A stretch of 64,000 bases of DNA, taken from Squalus acanthias (taxonomy: Eukaryota). The notes under the pieces are model-generated. The model was given only the letters and a program-made list of their open reading frames with translations. It did not search any database and was not told the origin of the DNA. Made by a program: the position numbers and the translations under genes. Positions within the stretch are counted from its first letter, which is position 1, and the number at the start of each line of letters is the position of its first letter. Where the stretch lies: the NCBI GenBank assembly GCA_030390025.1, contig CM059432.1, forward strand, positions 6,262,001 to 6,326,000. The letters run 5' to 3'. Of the stretch, positions 52,564-64,000 are shown in pieces.

Positions 52564-53503
52564 TTAGTTTAAAGCCCTCTCTACAGCCCTAGTTATATGA
52601 TCCGCCAGGACTCTAGTCCCAGCACTGGCCAAGTGAAGCCCGTCCCAACGGAACAGCTCCCTCCTGCCCCAGTACTGGTGCCAGTGCCCCAGGAAGCAAA
52701 ACCCATTTCTCCCACACCAGTCTTTGAGCCACTCATTTAACGCTCTAATTTTATTTGTCCTAGCCAAATCCGCTCGTGGCTCAGGTAATAATCCAGAGAT
52801 TATTACCCTTGAGGTTCTGTTTTTTAATTTGACCCCTAGCTGCTCATACTCCTTTAACAGAACCGGCTTCCTTGTCCTATCTACGTCGTTTGCACCAACA
52901 TGGACCACGACAACTGGATCCACCCCCTCCCACTGCAAGTTTCTTTCCAGCCCAGAGGAGATGTCCTTAACCCTGGCACCGGGCAGGCAACACAGCCTAC
53001 GGGACTCTCGCTCTCGGCTGCAGAGAACTCTATCTATCCCCCTAATAATACTATCCCCTACCACTACAACATTTCTATTTACTCCCCCCTCTTGAATGGC
53101 CCCCCATTCCACGGTGCTCATCCTCCCTGCAGTCCCTGCTCCCGTCCCCACAGGGAGTAAGAACCTCAAACCTGTTGGACAAGAGCAAGGGCTGCGGCTC
53201 CTCCAACACTACCTCCTGGATCCCCGTACCTGCCTCACTCGTAATCACACCGTCCTGTCCCTGACCATGGGCTACATCTGAATTAATTAACTTCATAGGT
53301 GTGACCACCTCCTGAAACACAGAGTCCAGGTACTTCTCCCCCTCCCTGATGTGTTGCAGTGTCGGAAGCTCAGACTCCAGCTCATCAACACGGAGCTGGA
53401 GTTCCTGTAGCAGCAGACACTTGTCACAGATGTAATCACCGTGAGCCTCAATGGGGTCCACCGGCTCCCACATCTCGCAACAGTAACACATCACCTGCTC
53501 CAT
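52564..53503 (-). pseudogene. CR1 ORF1 (Cys-rich zinc finger, coiled coil, SGNH/GDSL esterase); one frameshift near 53110
   Basis: CYCCEMW...CDKC plus LQELQLRVDELESEL coiled coil; VVVVGDSIIRG, HVGAND and DGLHL SGNH blocks; ends RALN-stop. Confidence 0.9.
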
Positions 53504-53906
53504 TCTATGTAATTAATTAAATTTTTTATTGTTAGTTATGGACACTCTCTGCCCGATTATAGATGCTAGTATCCCCTCTAATTAATTGGATTTAAATTAA
53601 ATCAATCCCTCTAAATTATACCAGTTAAATGGTTTACCAACAGTCACTCTGCACCAGAAAGGCCTTATTAACTACAACTCACAGAGTTTAAGTTTAAAAA
53701 GAGCACCCGACACTCCACTCACCCGAACTCCCACTTACCCAAACTCAGCACTCTCTGCTGACTTGCACTCAATGCTGGCTCGCACTCACACTGGTCTTTT
53801 TATACTGTTTGTTTGTTTACAGCCAAATGAGTCACCCCTGCTGATTGATTAGAAAACTGGTTTCCACTGCCTGCTGTGCCAATTTACTCCTGCTGCAGTG
53901 TAACCT

Positions 53907-54514
53907 TGTTTTACTCTTCTTTCTCTTTTTGATAAAACCAATTAAATATCTGTAACTCAGTAAAACTTTAAAGGAAACTTAACAAATCAAATTAAAATTT
54001 GGTAGTCCGGGGTGACGATGCACTCCAGTCCCCGCGGCGCCCACCGGTCGCGGAAACACTCAAGCGTGCCGGCGGACACCGCGTGCTCCATCTCCAGGGC
54101 CACCCGGGCGCGAACATGGCCGCGGAAGAGAGGCAGGCAATCGGGCCGAACGACCCCCTCGACCGCCCGCTGCCTGGACCAATTAATGGCTTTCTTAGCC
54201 AGGCCATTTTACTCTTCTTACTATTTTGATCAAACCAATCAATCATCTGTAACTAAATAAAACTTTAAAGGAAACTTAACAAATCAAATTAAAATTTGGT
54301 AGTCCGGGGTGACGATGCACTCCAGCCCCCGCGGCGCCCACCGGTCGCGGAAAAACTCAAGCGTGCCGGCGGACACCGCGTGCTCCATCTCCAGGGCCAC
54401 CCGGGCGCGAACATGGCCGCGGGAGAGGCAGGCAATCGGGCCGAACGACCCCCTCGACCGCCCGCTGCCTGGACCAATTAATGGCTTTCTTAGCCAGGCC
54501 GTTTTACTCTTCTT
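53907..54514 (-). repeat. ~297-bp tandem duplication in the CR1 5' UTR containing a Tx1-clade ORF2 C-terminal fragment
   Basis: ggtagtccgg at 54001 and 54298. Reverse strand 54205-53987 reads GLAKKAINWSRQRAVEGVVRPDCLPLFRGHVRARVALEMEHAVSAGTLECFRDRWAPRGLECIVTPDYQILI-stop. Confidence 0.85.
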
Positions 54515-55959
54515 AAACCAACAGAATCCCAAATAGTTAACTTTTCCCCTTCACTTAAACTGCTTAAGTACTCTTATCAAGAATGATTTAAAGAGAACTA
54601 ACAATTAAAGAACTACTCCCACTTACCCAAACTCAGCACTCTCTGCTGACTTGCACTATTCTTTCTCTAATTCCAGTCCCTCTTTACCACAAATTAACTT
54701 TTGAACTACAAATCAATATTTTACTTGGAGCAATTGCAACCATTCTCTTGCACTTGAGCAGCTGCTGCAACCCACTTGTAGTGTGGAGTTACAGTCAAAT
54801 CTTATTCCCATCTTTTCTGCAAATGCGCATATGGCAGGAGTGATGAAAAGAATTAACTAGAAGACATTTCGGGGTCTTAGATTTGTCTCTGGTTCAATCA
54901 AAAACTCCTCCTCCAATAAAAGCTTTGAAGCCACTGGGTTAGATTTTCAACATGTCGCCTCGGTGGAAGACTGGTGTTGTGGATCAGTTGCCTATTATAA
55001 ATTGTCATAATTAACTTTCCATTGATTGTAACGCAACTGAAAATCGGGTTTTATAACTTGCGGCTGATCCACAAAGCCAACTTGGGTGGCAAGTTAAAAT
55101 TCTACTCCACGATCTCAAGTAAATTTCAACCAATGCAAAGCCCAAAGGAGATCACTTCGACAGTAGCAGGATCCAGTGTTGTGAGCCACCTTCATTGAGT
55201 TTCACAATGACTGCTCAACCTTTCCTAATTGACTTGCTTTCCTGGCAACCTCTTTCACCTCCAGCCAACTTCTCTCTCCATTGCAATCCTTTCTTGCCCT
55301 TCTCTCTACGTTACTGGTCAAGTTACCTCTGAACTTTTCTTTCTTGTCCATGCTAAGTTCCAAATATGCCATTCTACATGCGTCCTCCCTACAGCTTCAC
55401 TGTTGAAATCAATACTCAATGAATATTTTCTTATTCTTGTACATTATTTCCCTAGATCTGAAAACGATGGAACTCCTTATGACTTCAAGTCTTTGCTTTT
55501 CTACACAATCCTGGAATTATAAAACCCAAGCTTGACATCACCTAATAGCTACTTTTTGATTTACCTTGTCTTCTCTTTTACTGTTTTCAACTATGGCGAT
55601 GTCCTTCTGCTCAGAACATCGACCATTTCTCTTAGTTTCTCGAAAAGATATTTTTAATTCAATTTTCAATAGGTCTGCTGTTACGTCACTTCTTATTTCA
55701 CTCCTAGAAAACCTGAATAATGGAGGGTGTTCTGAAGCAATGACGAAAAAGGAATTGCTAGATGAAGAAAGATCAAGGTTCATCTTGTTCCTCTTCTACC
55801 ATCCTGGTAGTCTCATGGTACAATGATAATGGAGTTGTTGACTAATCACAGCAATCAATCTCTATCAATGAGTCTACAACAGACCCAGACATGACATGAA
55901 GAAAGCCCCAGTGGTGGAGAGCTTTGGGAACCATAGGTCCAAAGTCCCCTGTTCCTCCC

Positions 55960-58900
55960 AAGCATGCTACACTTACCACGTCATGTCTCAAATTACTCAT
56001 ATACTGTATCCCAAAATGTTATTTTCTGAAAGAAATCTGTTTAATTTGAATGAATCAATACTAACTGCTTCCACAGTCTTCCTAGGGAGCCTGTTCCATA
56101 GATTAACCACTCGCTCACTGAAATATTATTTCCACATATGTGTTTTGAATTTACCCCTCTTGAAGTCCAGGCTGTGTCCTCTGGTCCTACTTTTGTGGAA
56201 AAGGTGAAATAGATGGTCATGGTCTACTTTATCTAGTCCCTTTAGAATCCTAAAAACAGCAATCACATTACTTGGAATCACCTGGAGAAATACAGAACCA
56301 TTAGAGGGAGCCAGCTTTATGGGAGGCAGATTATACCTGATGACTCTTCTGGAGTTCTTTAAGGAGATAGCAAACCTTGTGGATAGGAGGAAATTAATGG
56401 ATGTTGTTCATTTGGATTTTGGCAATGTAATTTGATACAGTGCAATACAGGAAACTGGTCCACGATGTTGGAAGTTCTGATATAGGTAAAGTGCTTTTGA
56501 AATTTATTGAAAATTGGCTGAAGCAGAGGAAGAAAAGGATGGCTGGATCAGCATGGAAGCTGGTAACTAGTGCTGGGGCTGTTGTTTATAATGTACATAA
56601 ATGACTTGGAAGTGAGGACATGAAAAAAAACTCTCCAAATTTGCAAATTATTTCAGAAACAGGCTGATCTAATGCAGAAAGATCCGGCTAGATTGGGCAG
56701 CTGGGCTGATCAGTGATAGATGTCATTTTATGTGGACAAATGCAAAGTCGTAAGATTGGGAAATAATATACAGTAGCAATATAAGCTAAATAGGTATAAT
56801 AACAGTAAAAGGGTTGTCAGACGAAAATGGAGATTATTGGTGAAGGCAGAAGGCATGGCTGAGGTACTAAATGAGTACTTTGTACCTGTGTTTACCAAGA
56901 GGACTTTGCCAAAGCCACGGTAAATGAGGAGGTTGTCGGGATACTGGATGAGATAAAAATAGATAAGGAGGTACTAGAAAGGCTGGCAGTACATAAAGTG
57001 GATAAGTCACCTGGTCCAACTGGGATGCATCCTAGGTTGCTGAGGGAAGCAAGGGTAGAAATTGCAGAGGTACTGGTCAGAATCTTCCAATCCTTCTTCG
57101 GGATATAGGAGTGGTGTCAGATGACTGGATGATTGCAAATGTTACATCCTTGTTCAAAAAAGGGGAAGGATAAACCTGACAGTTACAGGCCAGTCAGTTT
57201 AACATCAGTGGTGGAGAAGCTTTTAGGAACACTAATCCGGGAGAAAATTAACAGCCACTTGGACAAGCATGTACTAATAAAGGAGAGCCAGCACGGATTT
57301 TTTAAGGGCAAATCGTGTTTGACTAACTTGATTGAGTTTTTTGATGAAGTAACAGAGAGGGTGGATAAGGGCAGTGCAGTTGATGTTGTATATATGGACT
57401 TTCAAAAGACGTTTTATAAAGTACCACATATTAGGCTTGTTAGCAAAATTGAAGTCCATGGGCTAAAAAGGACAGTAGCAGCAAGGATACAAAATTGGCT
57501 AAAGGATAGAAAAGAGAGTGTGGTGAAAGGCTGTTTTTCAACTGGAGAGAGGTATACAGTGGAGTTCCGCAAGGTTCAGTACTAGGACCACTGCTGTTTT
57601 TGATTTACATTAATGACTTGGACTTGGGGACAATTTCAAAATTTGCAGATGACACGAAACTTGGAAGAGTAGTAAACAATGAGGAAGATAGTAATAGACT
57701 TCAAGAGGACAGACAGGCTGGTGGAATGGGTGGAAACATGGCAGATGAAACTCAACACAGAAAAGTGTAAGGTGATACAATTTGGTAGGAAGAGTGAGGA
57801 GAGACAATACAAGCTAAATGGTACAATTTTAAAGGGGGTGCAAGAACAGCGAGACCTGGGAGTGTTTGTGCACAAATCTTTGAAGGTGGCAGGACAAGTT
57901 AACAAAGCAGTTAATAAAGCAGGTGGGATCCTGGGCTTTATAAATAGAGGCATAGAGTACGAAAGCCAGGAAGTTATGCTAAACCTATATAAAGCACTAG
58001 TTCGGCCCCAGCAGGAGTATTGTGTCCAATTCTGGGCACCACACTTTAGGAAGGACGTGATGGCTTTGGCGAGGGTACAGAAGAGATTTACTAGAATGGT
58101 TCCTGGGATGAGGGAATAGTTACGTGGATAGACTGGAGAAGCTGGGGTTGTTCCCTGGGGTAGAGCAGAGAAGGCTAAGAGGAGATTTGATAGAGGTGTT
58201 TAAAATCATGAAGGATTTAGATAGACTAAATAAAGAGAAACTGTTTCCAATACCTGAAGGGTCGATAATGAGAGGGCACAGATTTAAGGTGATTGGCAAA
58301 AGAACCAGAGCAGACATGAGGAAAAACTTTTTTTTAACGCAACGAATGAGTGGTTAGGATTTGGAATTCACTGCCTGATAGGGTGGTGGAAACAGATTCA
58401 ATAGTAGCCTTCAAAAGGGAATTGGATAAATACTTGGAGAAGAAAATTGTAGGGAATGGCCCCCTTCTATGCTGTGCTATTGTATGATTTTATAAATGGT
58501 ATTACTCTACAGGATACTGAAAGTGATTTGGGGTTACTGTTGGCCAGCAGCACAGTGTGTAGCAGCAGTAAAGACAGCAAATAGGATGTTGGGTTGTATA
58601 GCCAGAGGAAAAGAGCTGAAATCTTGGGAAGTGTTTCTGAGTTTGGACAGAACACTGATCCAGCTCAGTCTGGCAAATTGCGCACAATTCTGGTCATCGT
58701 ATTATGAGACAGACATCTAGGCACTGGAGAGGGTGTAGTAAAGGGCGACTAAATTGATAGCTGGCATTAGGCACCTGAATTATGAGGAAAGACTGAGTAG
58801 AATACAAGGGGGTAGAAGTTATGCGACAGCTATACAAAGCCCTGGTTAAACCACACCTGGATTACTGAGAGCTGTTCTGGGCACCACACCTTAGGAAGGA

Positions 58901-59760
58901 TATATTAGCCTCGGAGATATATACTGGCTTAGGAGGGAGTGCAGCGTAGATTCCTGGACTCCAAGGGATAAATTACGAGGAAAGATTATACAAATTAGGG
59001 TTGTACCTGGAATTTAGAAGGTTAACAGGTGATTTAATCGAACTTTTCAGGATATTAAGGGGAACTGAGGGTAGATAGAAAGAAAGTATTTCCATTGGTT
59101 GAGGAGTCTCAACTTGGGGGCATAGTCTAATAATTAGAGCCAGACCTTTCAGGAGTGAAATTAGGAAACACTTCTACACACAAAGGGTGGTAAAAGTTTG
59201 GAACTCTCTTTCGCAAACGGCAATTGATGATAGGTCAATTGTTAATTTTAAATCTGAGATCGATAGATTTTTGTTAACCAAAGGCATTAAGGGATCTGGG
59301 GACAAAGGTGGGTATATGGAGTTAGGTCACAGATCAGCCGTGATCTTATTGAATGGCGGAACAGGCTTGAGGGGTTAAATGGCCTACTCCTGTTCCTATG
59401 ACTGCAGGAACTAGGAATGCTCATACTGAGGAGAAGGCTCAGGGTGGTATTATTGAAATTTTCAAGATCACAAAGTTTACGTAATAGTCATGATAAACAC
59501 CAACATGTTCAACAGTCACAGATTCAACAAAAGGGCACAACCTCAAAACAGAACAGGGAGGGTGAAAAGTCAGTTTGCAATGAACTACTTTATGCACAGG
59601 GAATAGAATTCAAAAGGAGGCAGTGGGGCAAATTGTAGTGAGGGTTGGATAAGTACTGGACAAAGAATTTCATGAGTGTATGAAAGGTATGGTAGGATAT
59701 ATTTTCTCGGCACCAGGATTGGCCACAATGGTTTTTTCTGGTTTTGTACATTTCCATGTA
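55960..59760 (+). mobile_element. Nested CR1 cluster: old copy (~56290-59760) interrupted by younger CR1s (~56790-58495 and ~58800-59400), plus a - strand remnant (~55960-56280)
   Basis: [45 protein letters not shown] motifs with many frameshifts; separate 3' tails near 58470 and 59395. Confidence 0.85.
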
Positions 59761-60785
59761 CAGCATTTTCTTTCTCTATAAGATCTGGTCATTGCACTCT
59801 TTTTTGAAAATAGCATGGCCTTTGTTGTTTCTATGTCAAAGAGCAAAACTTTAACCTCTTAAAAGAAATGTATTTTTCTTGCCTTCTTTTCTGGCGAGGT
59901 TCCAAAGACAACCCATTTTCAGTGGTTCATGATTAACTCTGGTGTACGAAGGGAACACAGCTGCATCAAGTTAAATATTATTCTGATTGATCAAAACATC
60001 AAAATACTTTATTATACAGAGTTCAAGGGGAATGATAAGTGAAGTTGTACAACGAGTTTGCTTGAAGACTTCAAGAAAATTCATACACTGAAGCAATCAG
60101 CTATCACTTTCACATGCAGAATGGGTTTGAGCAATCAGGAGATGCATTTGAAGAGCCAACATCTGATCTCTCAGTACTTTTTGCTGTGTTCTGATTATAC
60201 AGTTCCATTCAACTGCTGAAAGAGCTGCTCGAATGCCAAGAGGTTCAGTTGCGCGCCAGATTCAGAAATTTGTGCTACACTGTTAGTGTGGCATATGTTT
60301 CAGCTTTTGTATAGTCGCTGCTAGCAGTTGCAGTTAACTGAAACTAGGCTACTGTTGCATGAATGCTTTAAGAAGTTGGGACGAATTAAAAGCTGAATGT
60401 CACTCCATCTTTGATGGCTGTACAATGTCAATGGATGTATTTACACACCAACTCTACCACTGCAGCAAAGTGGTTTCGGTGCCATGAATCTGGTGCGTAA
60501 ACAGAAAATGACGCTGACAGTTTCAAACTGCATCTCACTGGAGCTGCGGAAGTGAATCTCCCAGTAAATGTGGTTTTCTGCACTTCCAAGTTCAAAGTGG
60601 CAAAAAGGCACGTGTGCCAGAACGGAACAGGTAATTTAGTCAAAAACTTTTGAATGTGTGCAAGTAGATAGGCTATCAATGATCAGCAGATAACTCATTG
60701 TACCATTTTCTTGTTCACAACAAAGCAATTAAAAGGTGTTTAGAGATAGAGAATACAAACAGACGCTGGTCTCCATTTGATATGA

Positions 60786-61502
60786 TGCGGAGATGCCGGT
60801 TGGACTGGGGTGGACAAAAGTGAGAAGTGACTGCTGAAGTGTTCCCCGACTGGGAGGTAACACTTCAGCAGTCAAGGACATTCAGCCTCCGATCTTTGGG
60901 TAAGCGTTCTCCAAGGCGGCCTTCGAGACACACGACAACGCAAAATCATCGAGCAGAAACTGATAGCCAAGTTCCGCACTCATGAGGACGGCCTCAACCG
61001 GGATCTTGGGTTCATGTCACGCTACATGTAACCCCACCTGACGTAGAGTCATCCAGACTCGAGTCGTCGTTGGCTTGTTCACAGATGCGGCCGGACCTGC
61101 TGTGATTTCCAGCAAAAAAAGTAAAAAGTTTAAAGTTTTTGGTTTTCTATACAGACTGCAGCATCTGCCACATTAGACCCCTTGTGACCCCACCTCATTG
61201 TCTTTGTTGTATTTTGCCATTGTCTTTGATGTAATGTCTTCCTGACTGACCTGGTTGGACACCATCCACACCTTTGATTGCCGTGATTGTCTCTCTGCCG
61301 AGGTGTGATAAAGGGCAGTTAGAAAGATTAACTGTAGTCGTCTGGCATTGTTCTCTGCACAGGCATTGTTCTCTGTCTATATATGCTGTGCCCATTTGTA
61401 TTTCTTCACTTCACCTGACAAAGGAGCAGCCGCTCCGAAAGCTTGTGATTTCAAATAAAGCTGCTGGACTATAACCTGGTGTTGTGCGACTTCTCACTTT
61501 TG
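60786..61502 (+). mobile_element. 5'-truncated Penelope-like element with an inverted tail and a 14-bp TSD
   Basis: TSD TCCATTTGATATGA at 60772-60785 and 61503-61516; peptide GHSASDLWVSVLQGGLRDTRQRKIIEQKLIAKFRTHEDGLNRDLGFMSRYM-stop; hammerhead-like motifs at ~61038 and 61411-61448. Confidence 0.85.
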
Positions 61503-61654
61503 TCCATTTGATATGAAAGCCTATTGGGTGTGATGCTGATCCATTTCCTTGCCCCAATAGTCAGGACCGTTACGGTGTGGCAAGCACTGTGTGCAGTCTC
61601 CTGCTTCTTCCCCACATTGGAAGATATAGTACACATTTTCTCCATCTTATTACT

Positions 61655-62130
61655 GCTACCCGTATCCTAACTTGCACAAAGTCCCGTTCACCCATTACCC
61701 CCGTGCGCACTGACCTACATTGGCTCCCGGTCCGGCCTAGATTTTAAAATTCACATCCTTGTTTTCAAATCCCTCCATGGCCTCGCCCCCCTCCCCATCT
61801 CTGTAACCTCCTGCAGCTCTACAACCCTCAAGATCTCTGTGCTTCTCCAATTATGGCCTCTTACGCATCCCCGATTTTCATCCCTCCACCATTGGCGGCT
61901 GTGCCTTCAGCTGCCTAGACCCCAAGCTTTGGAATTCCCTCCCTAAACCTCTCTGCACCCCCCCTCCTCCTTTAAGATGCTCCTTAAAATCTTCCTCTTT
62001 GATCAAGCTTTAGGTCAGCTGTCCTAATATCATGTGGCTCAGTGTCAAATTGTTTGACAATGCTCCTGTGAAGTGCATTGGGACGTTTCACTACGTTAAA
62101 GGTGCAATATAAATGCAAGTTATTGTTGAG
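61655..62130 (+). mobile_element. L2 LINE 3' fragment
   Basis: HITPVRTDLHWLPV-like coding remnant, shared 3' UTR, tail aaatgcaagttattgttg. Confidence 0.8.
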
Positions 62131-64000
62131 GAGGAATGGCCAAGTGGACCTTGTCTGGCTTCGAACCCAAGATGTTCTGGAACCATTTTCAATCTTGATT
62201 TTATTTTAAAAGCTTGCATACTATTAAAACATCATCTTCTTGTCATTCCTGCAAAACATTAAAGTTTCATAATTTCTCAATACCCTAACTGAAGGTTCTC
62301 GTCTCTGAAAATCAATACTGCTGCCCATCCGCCATTCTACTGATACTGTTACATAAAGACTCAAAGCAGGGCAGCAGAGTTCGAGTTTTGGGGATCGGTA
62401 GCCTGTTAAAATAAAATTAGCCATTAGCAAGGGTAGAGTGGCATATTTTGTTATTGTCTACATTATCAGCAGTGTGAAAGATTGAATTTCACTAAAAACT
62501 GTATTTTGTTCAGTCATGTATTTCATGTCAAATAAGGTTTACAATTGACCTGGTCTCACTAGCGCTGATCAGTGTGCCTTCAAGAAGATAGGAAAAATTA
62601 ATATGAGGCATGTACAAGAAATGAACGTGGAGCACAGAATCCAGTATTCGCAAGTCCTATTGTTTTAGCCTTTGGGTCACGCTATCATGCAACTAGATAT
62701 TTGGCAGTAAAGGTACACTCCAGTTTGTAGGCGATGAGAGGTCCACTTATGAGAATGACTGATGTCTTGAACCTGAGAGAATAGCTAGTGCAGACCCAAA
62801 GTTTGCAACACTGGTCTCTGGGTGTACCCTCTTGCTCTACAGTGATTTAGACATAGATTCCTGGATAGATCTGCAAACTATATTATTCCTGACAAATTTG
62901 AATATAGTTATGGATAGTTAATTAAGCTGTATTATTATTAGGCCAAATAAATACACTGATCAGTAATTTCACTCAAGAATTTAACAGATGTATTTAATGG
63001 AGAATGGTTACTTCAGCACAGCAGTCTGTTTTCCTAAACTGAAAATGTTGCAGAAAATCTTATACTCAAATCTTTGACCGTTCTGTGAACAATCAGGCAT
63101 GACCATACAAGTATCTTAAGAGTTTCAATTAGAAAAGAATTAAAGGAGTTCATGTATTTTAAGATTGACAGCTATGATAAGTAAGTGAATGGCACTCTGC
63201 AAATTTACCTATAAGATGTATGCAGGAAGCAGGAACCTATTTGTATTTAATGTTTATACATCTGACTCTTCCAGGTCTGGTTGTGGAATGCTGTAGTTGA
63301 AACCCCAGTAAATGTCAAGTATCTCAGGAATATCTAATGAGTCTTTCACCGAATAATAAAAGCAGTAACTATTTTTTGACATACGTAGGATCTAAAGTAT
63401 AGGACACAGTGAATAAAACCATAAACATTGCTCAATTTAATTGAAAATTGATTACATTAAATTGTACAAAAGAATTACAATTTACAGATAAGGTTTGTTT
63501 TAGAATTTGAAACATAATTTAGTTATCTCTGGACTATGTTTCAGAACATTGACAGGCAACCACAAAAATTACTAGCATGTTGCAAACTGCATTGAGATTT
63601 ATTTATTTTACAAAAATGTTATGCAGCATAGCAGATGGTCACTGGAACAAAGACAGATGTCTGTGAATTTTATCTGCCAGGAACACAGAAAGAAAGCGGC
63701 AAACTCCAACTTGCCACAACCTGATGGAAGCCCCACCAACCCTGGTTCAAGTGGTGATTGTTAAATGCTGGAGCCGAGATGGCAGAATGCATTACAGCAC
63801 CACCTTCAGCTCTATGAAGAGGTGCGATGGATACAGGTTCAATTTTTCTGCATGATACAATGCCTGATCTGAGTTGCATTCCCTTGGGCTATTAGATTCC
63901 TCCTATTGATGGAGAATTGAGAGCAGGTTAATTCATCCAGAGAATGGGGAGAAAGCAGGATTCACAATTTCACAGACAAATTAAAAAAAAAAGGCACACT

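Larger units (their letters stand above)
49348..54657 (-). mobile_element. Full-length, near-intact CR1-clade LINE
   Basis: 5' UTR, ORF1, ORF2, 3' UTR and (GTTCTTAT)n tail; candidate short TSD CTATT at 49343-49347 and 54656-54660. Confidence 0.95.

Noticed and set aside
53907..54514. CRISPR-like array or novel small proteins in the tandem repeat
   Set aside because: Only two long units with no spacers in a eukaryotic context; the listed ORFs are alternate frames of the Tx1-like fragment.
55200..55830. Purine-rich - strand stretch (ORF 55538-55783) as a host exon
   Set aside because: Several in-frame stops and no clear splice pair or recognisable domain; possibly a very old LINE remnant.
59900..64000. 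VPS13B or other gene start (ORFs 60428-60679, 63670-63879)
   Set aside because: No CpG island or recognisable peptide.

Overview
Eukaryotic vertebrate genomic DNA. The repeat content (HE1/V-SINEs, Deu-type SINEs, CR1, L2, Penelope) points to a cartilaginous fish (shark or ray). The only recognisable host gene is OSR2 (odd-skipped related 2, + strand): three coding exons at 11896-12554, 13578-13677 and 14091-14273, 313 aa, five C2H2 fingers. It lies in a CpG-rich, almost transposon-free domain of about 22 kb. The remaining ~42 kb is a nested mosaic of CR1 and L2 LINE fragments, SINEs, Penelope-like elements carrying minimal hammerhead ribozyme motifs, and hairpin-rich MITEs. The most unusual object is a near-intact full-length CR1 LINE (49348-54657, - strand). 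It has (i) an in-frame U_UUA_AAC slippery heptamer just before the ORF1 stop, where a -1 shift enters the ORF2 frame with no stop; (ii) two tandem CpG-rich copies of the 3' end of an unrelated Tx1-clade LINE in its 5' UTR; (iii) an internal TATA promoter whose 43-nt leader is exactly repeated at the element's 5' terminus; (iv) a possible 5'-UTR intron; and (v) a duplicated 3' tail. The OSR2B-type alternative acceptor and its shifted-frame C-terminus also appear to be preserved. Repeat boundaries are approximate and were read by eye. Family names come from motif recognition, not database searches.
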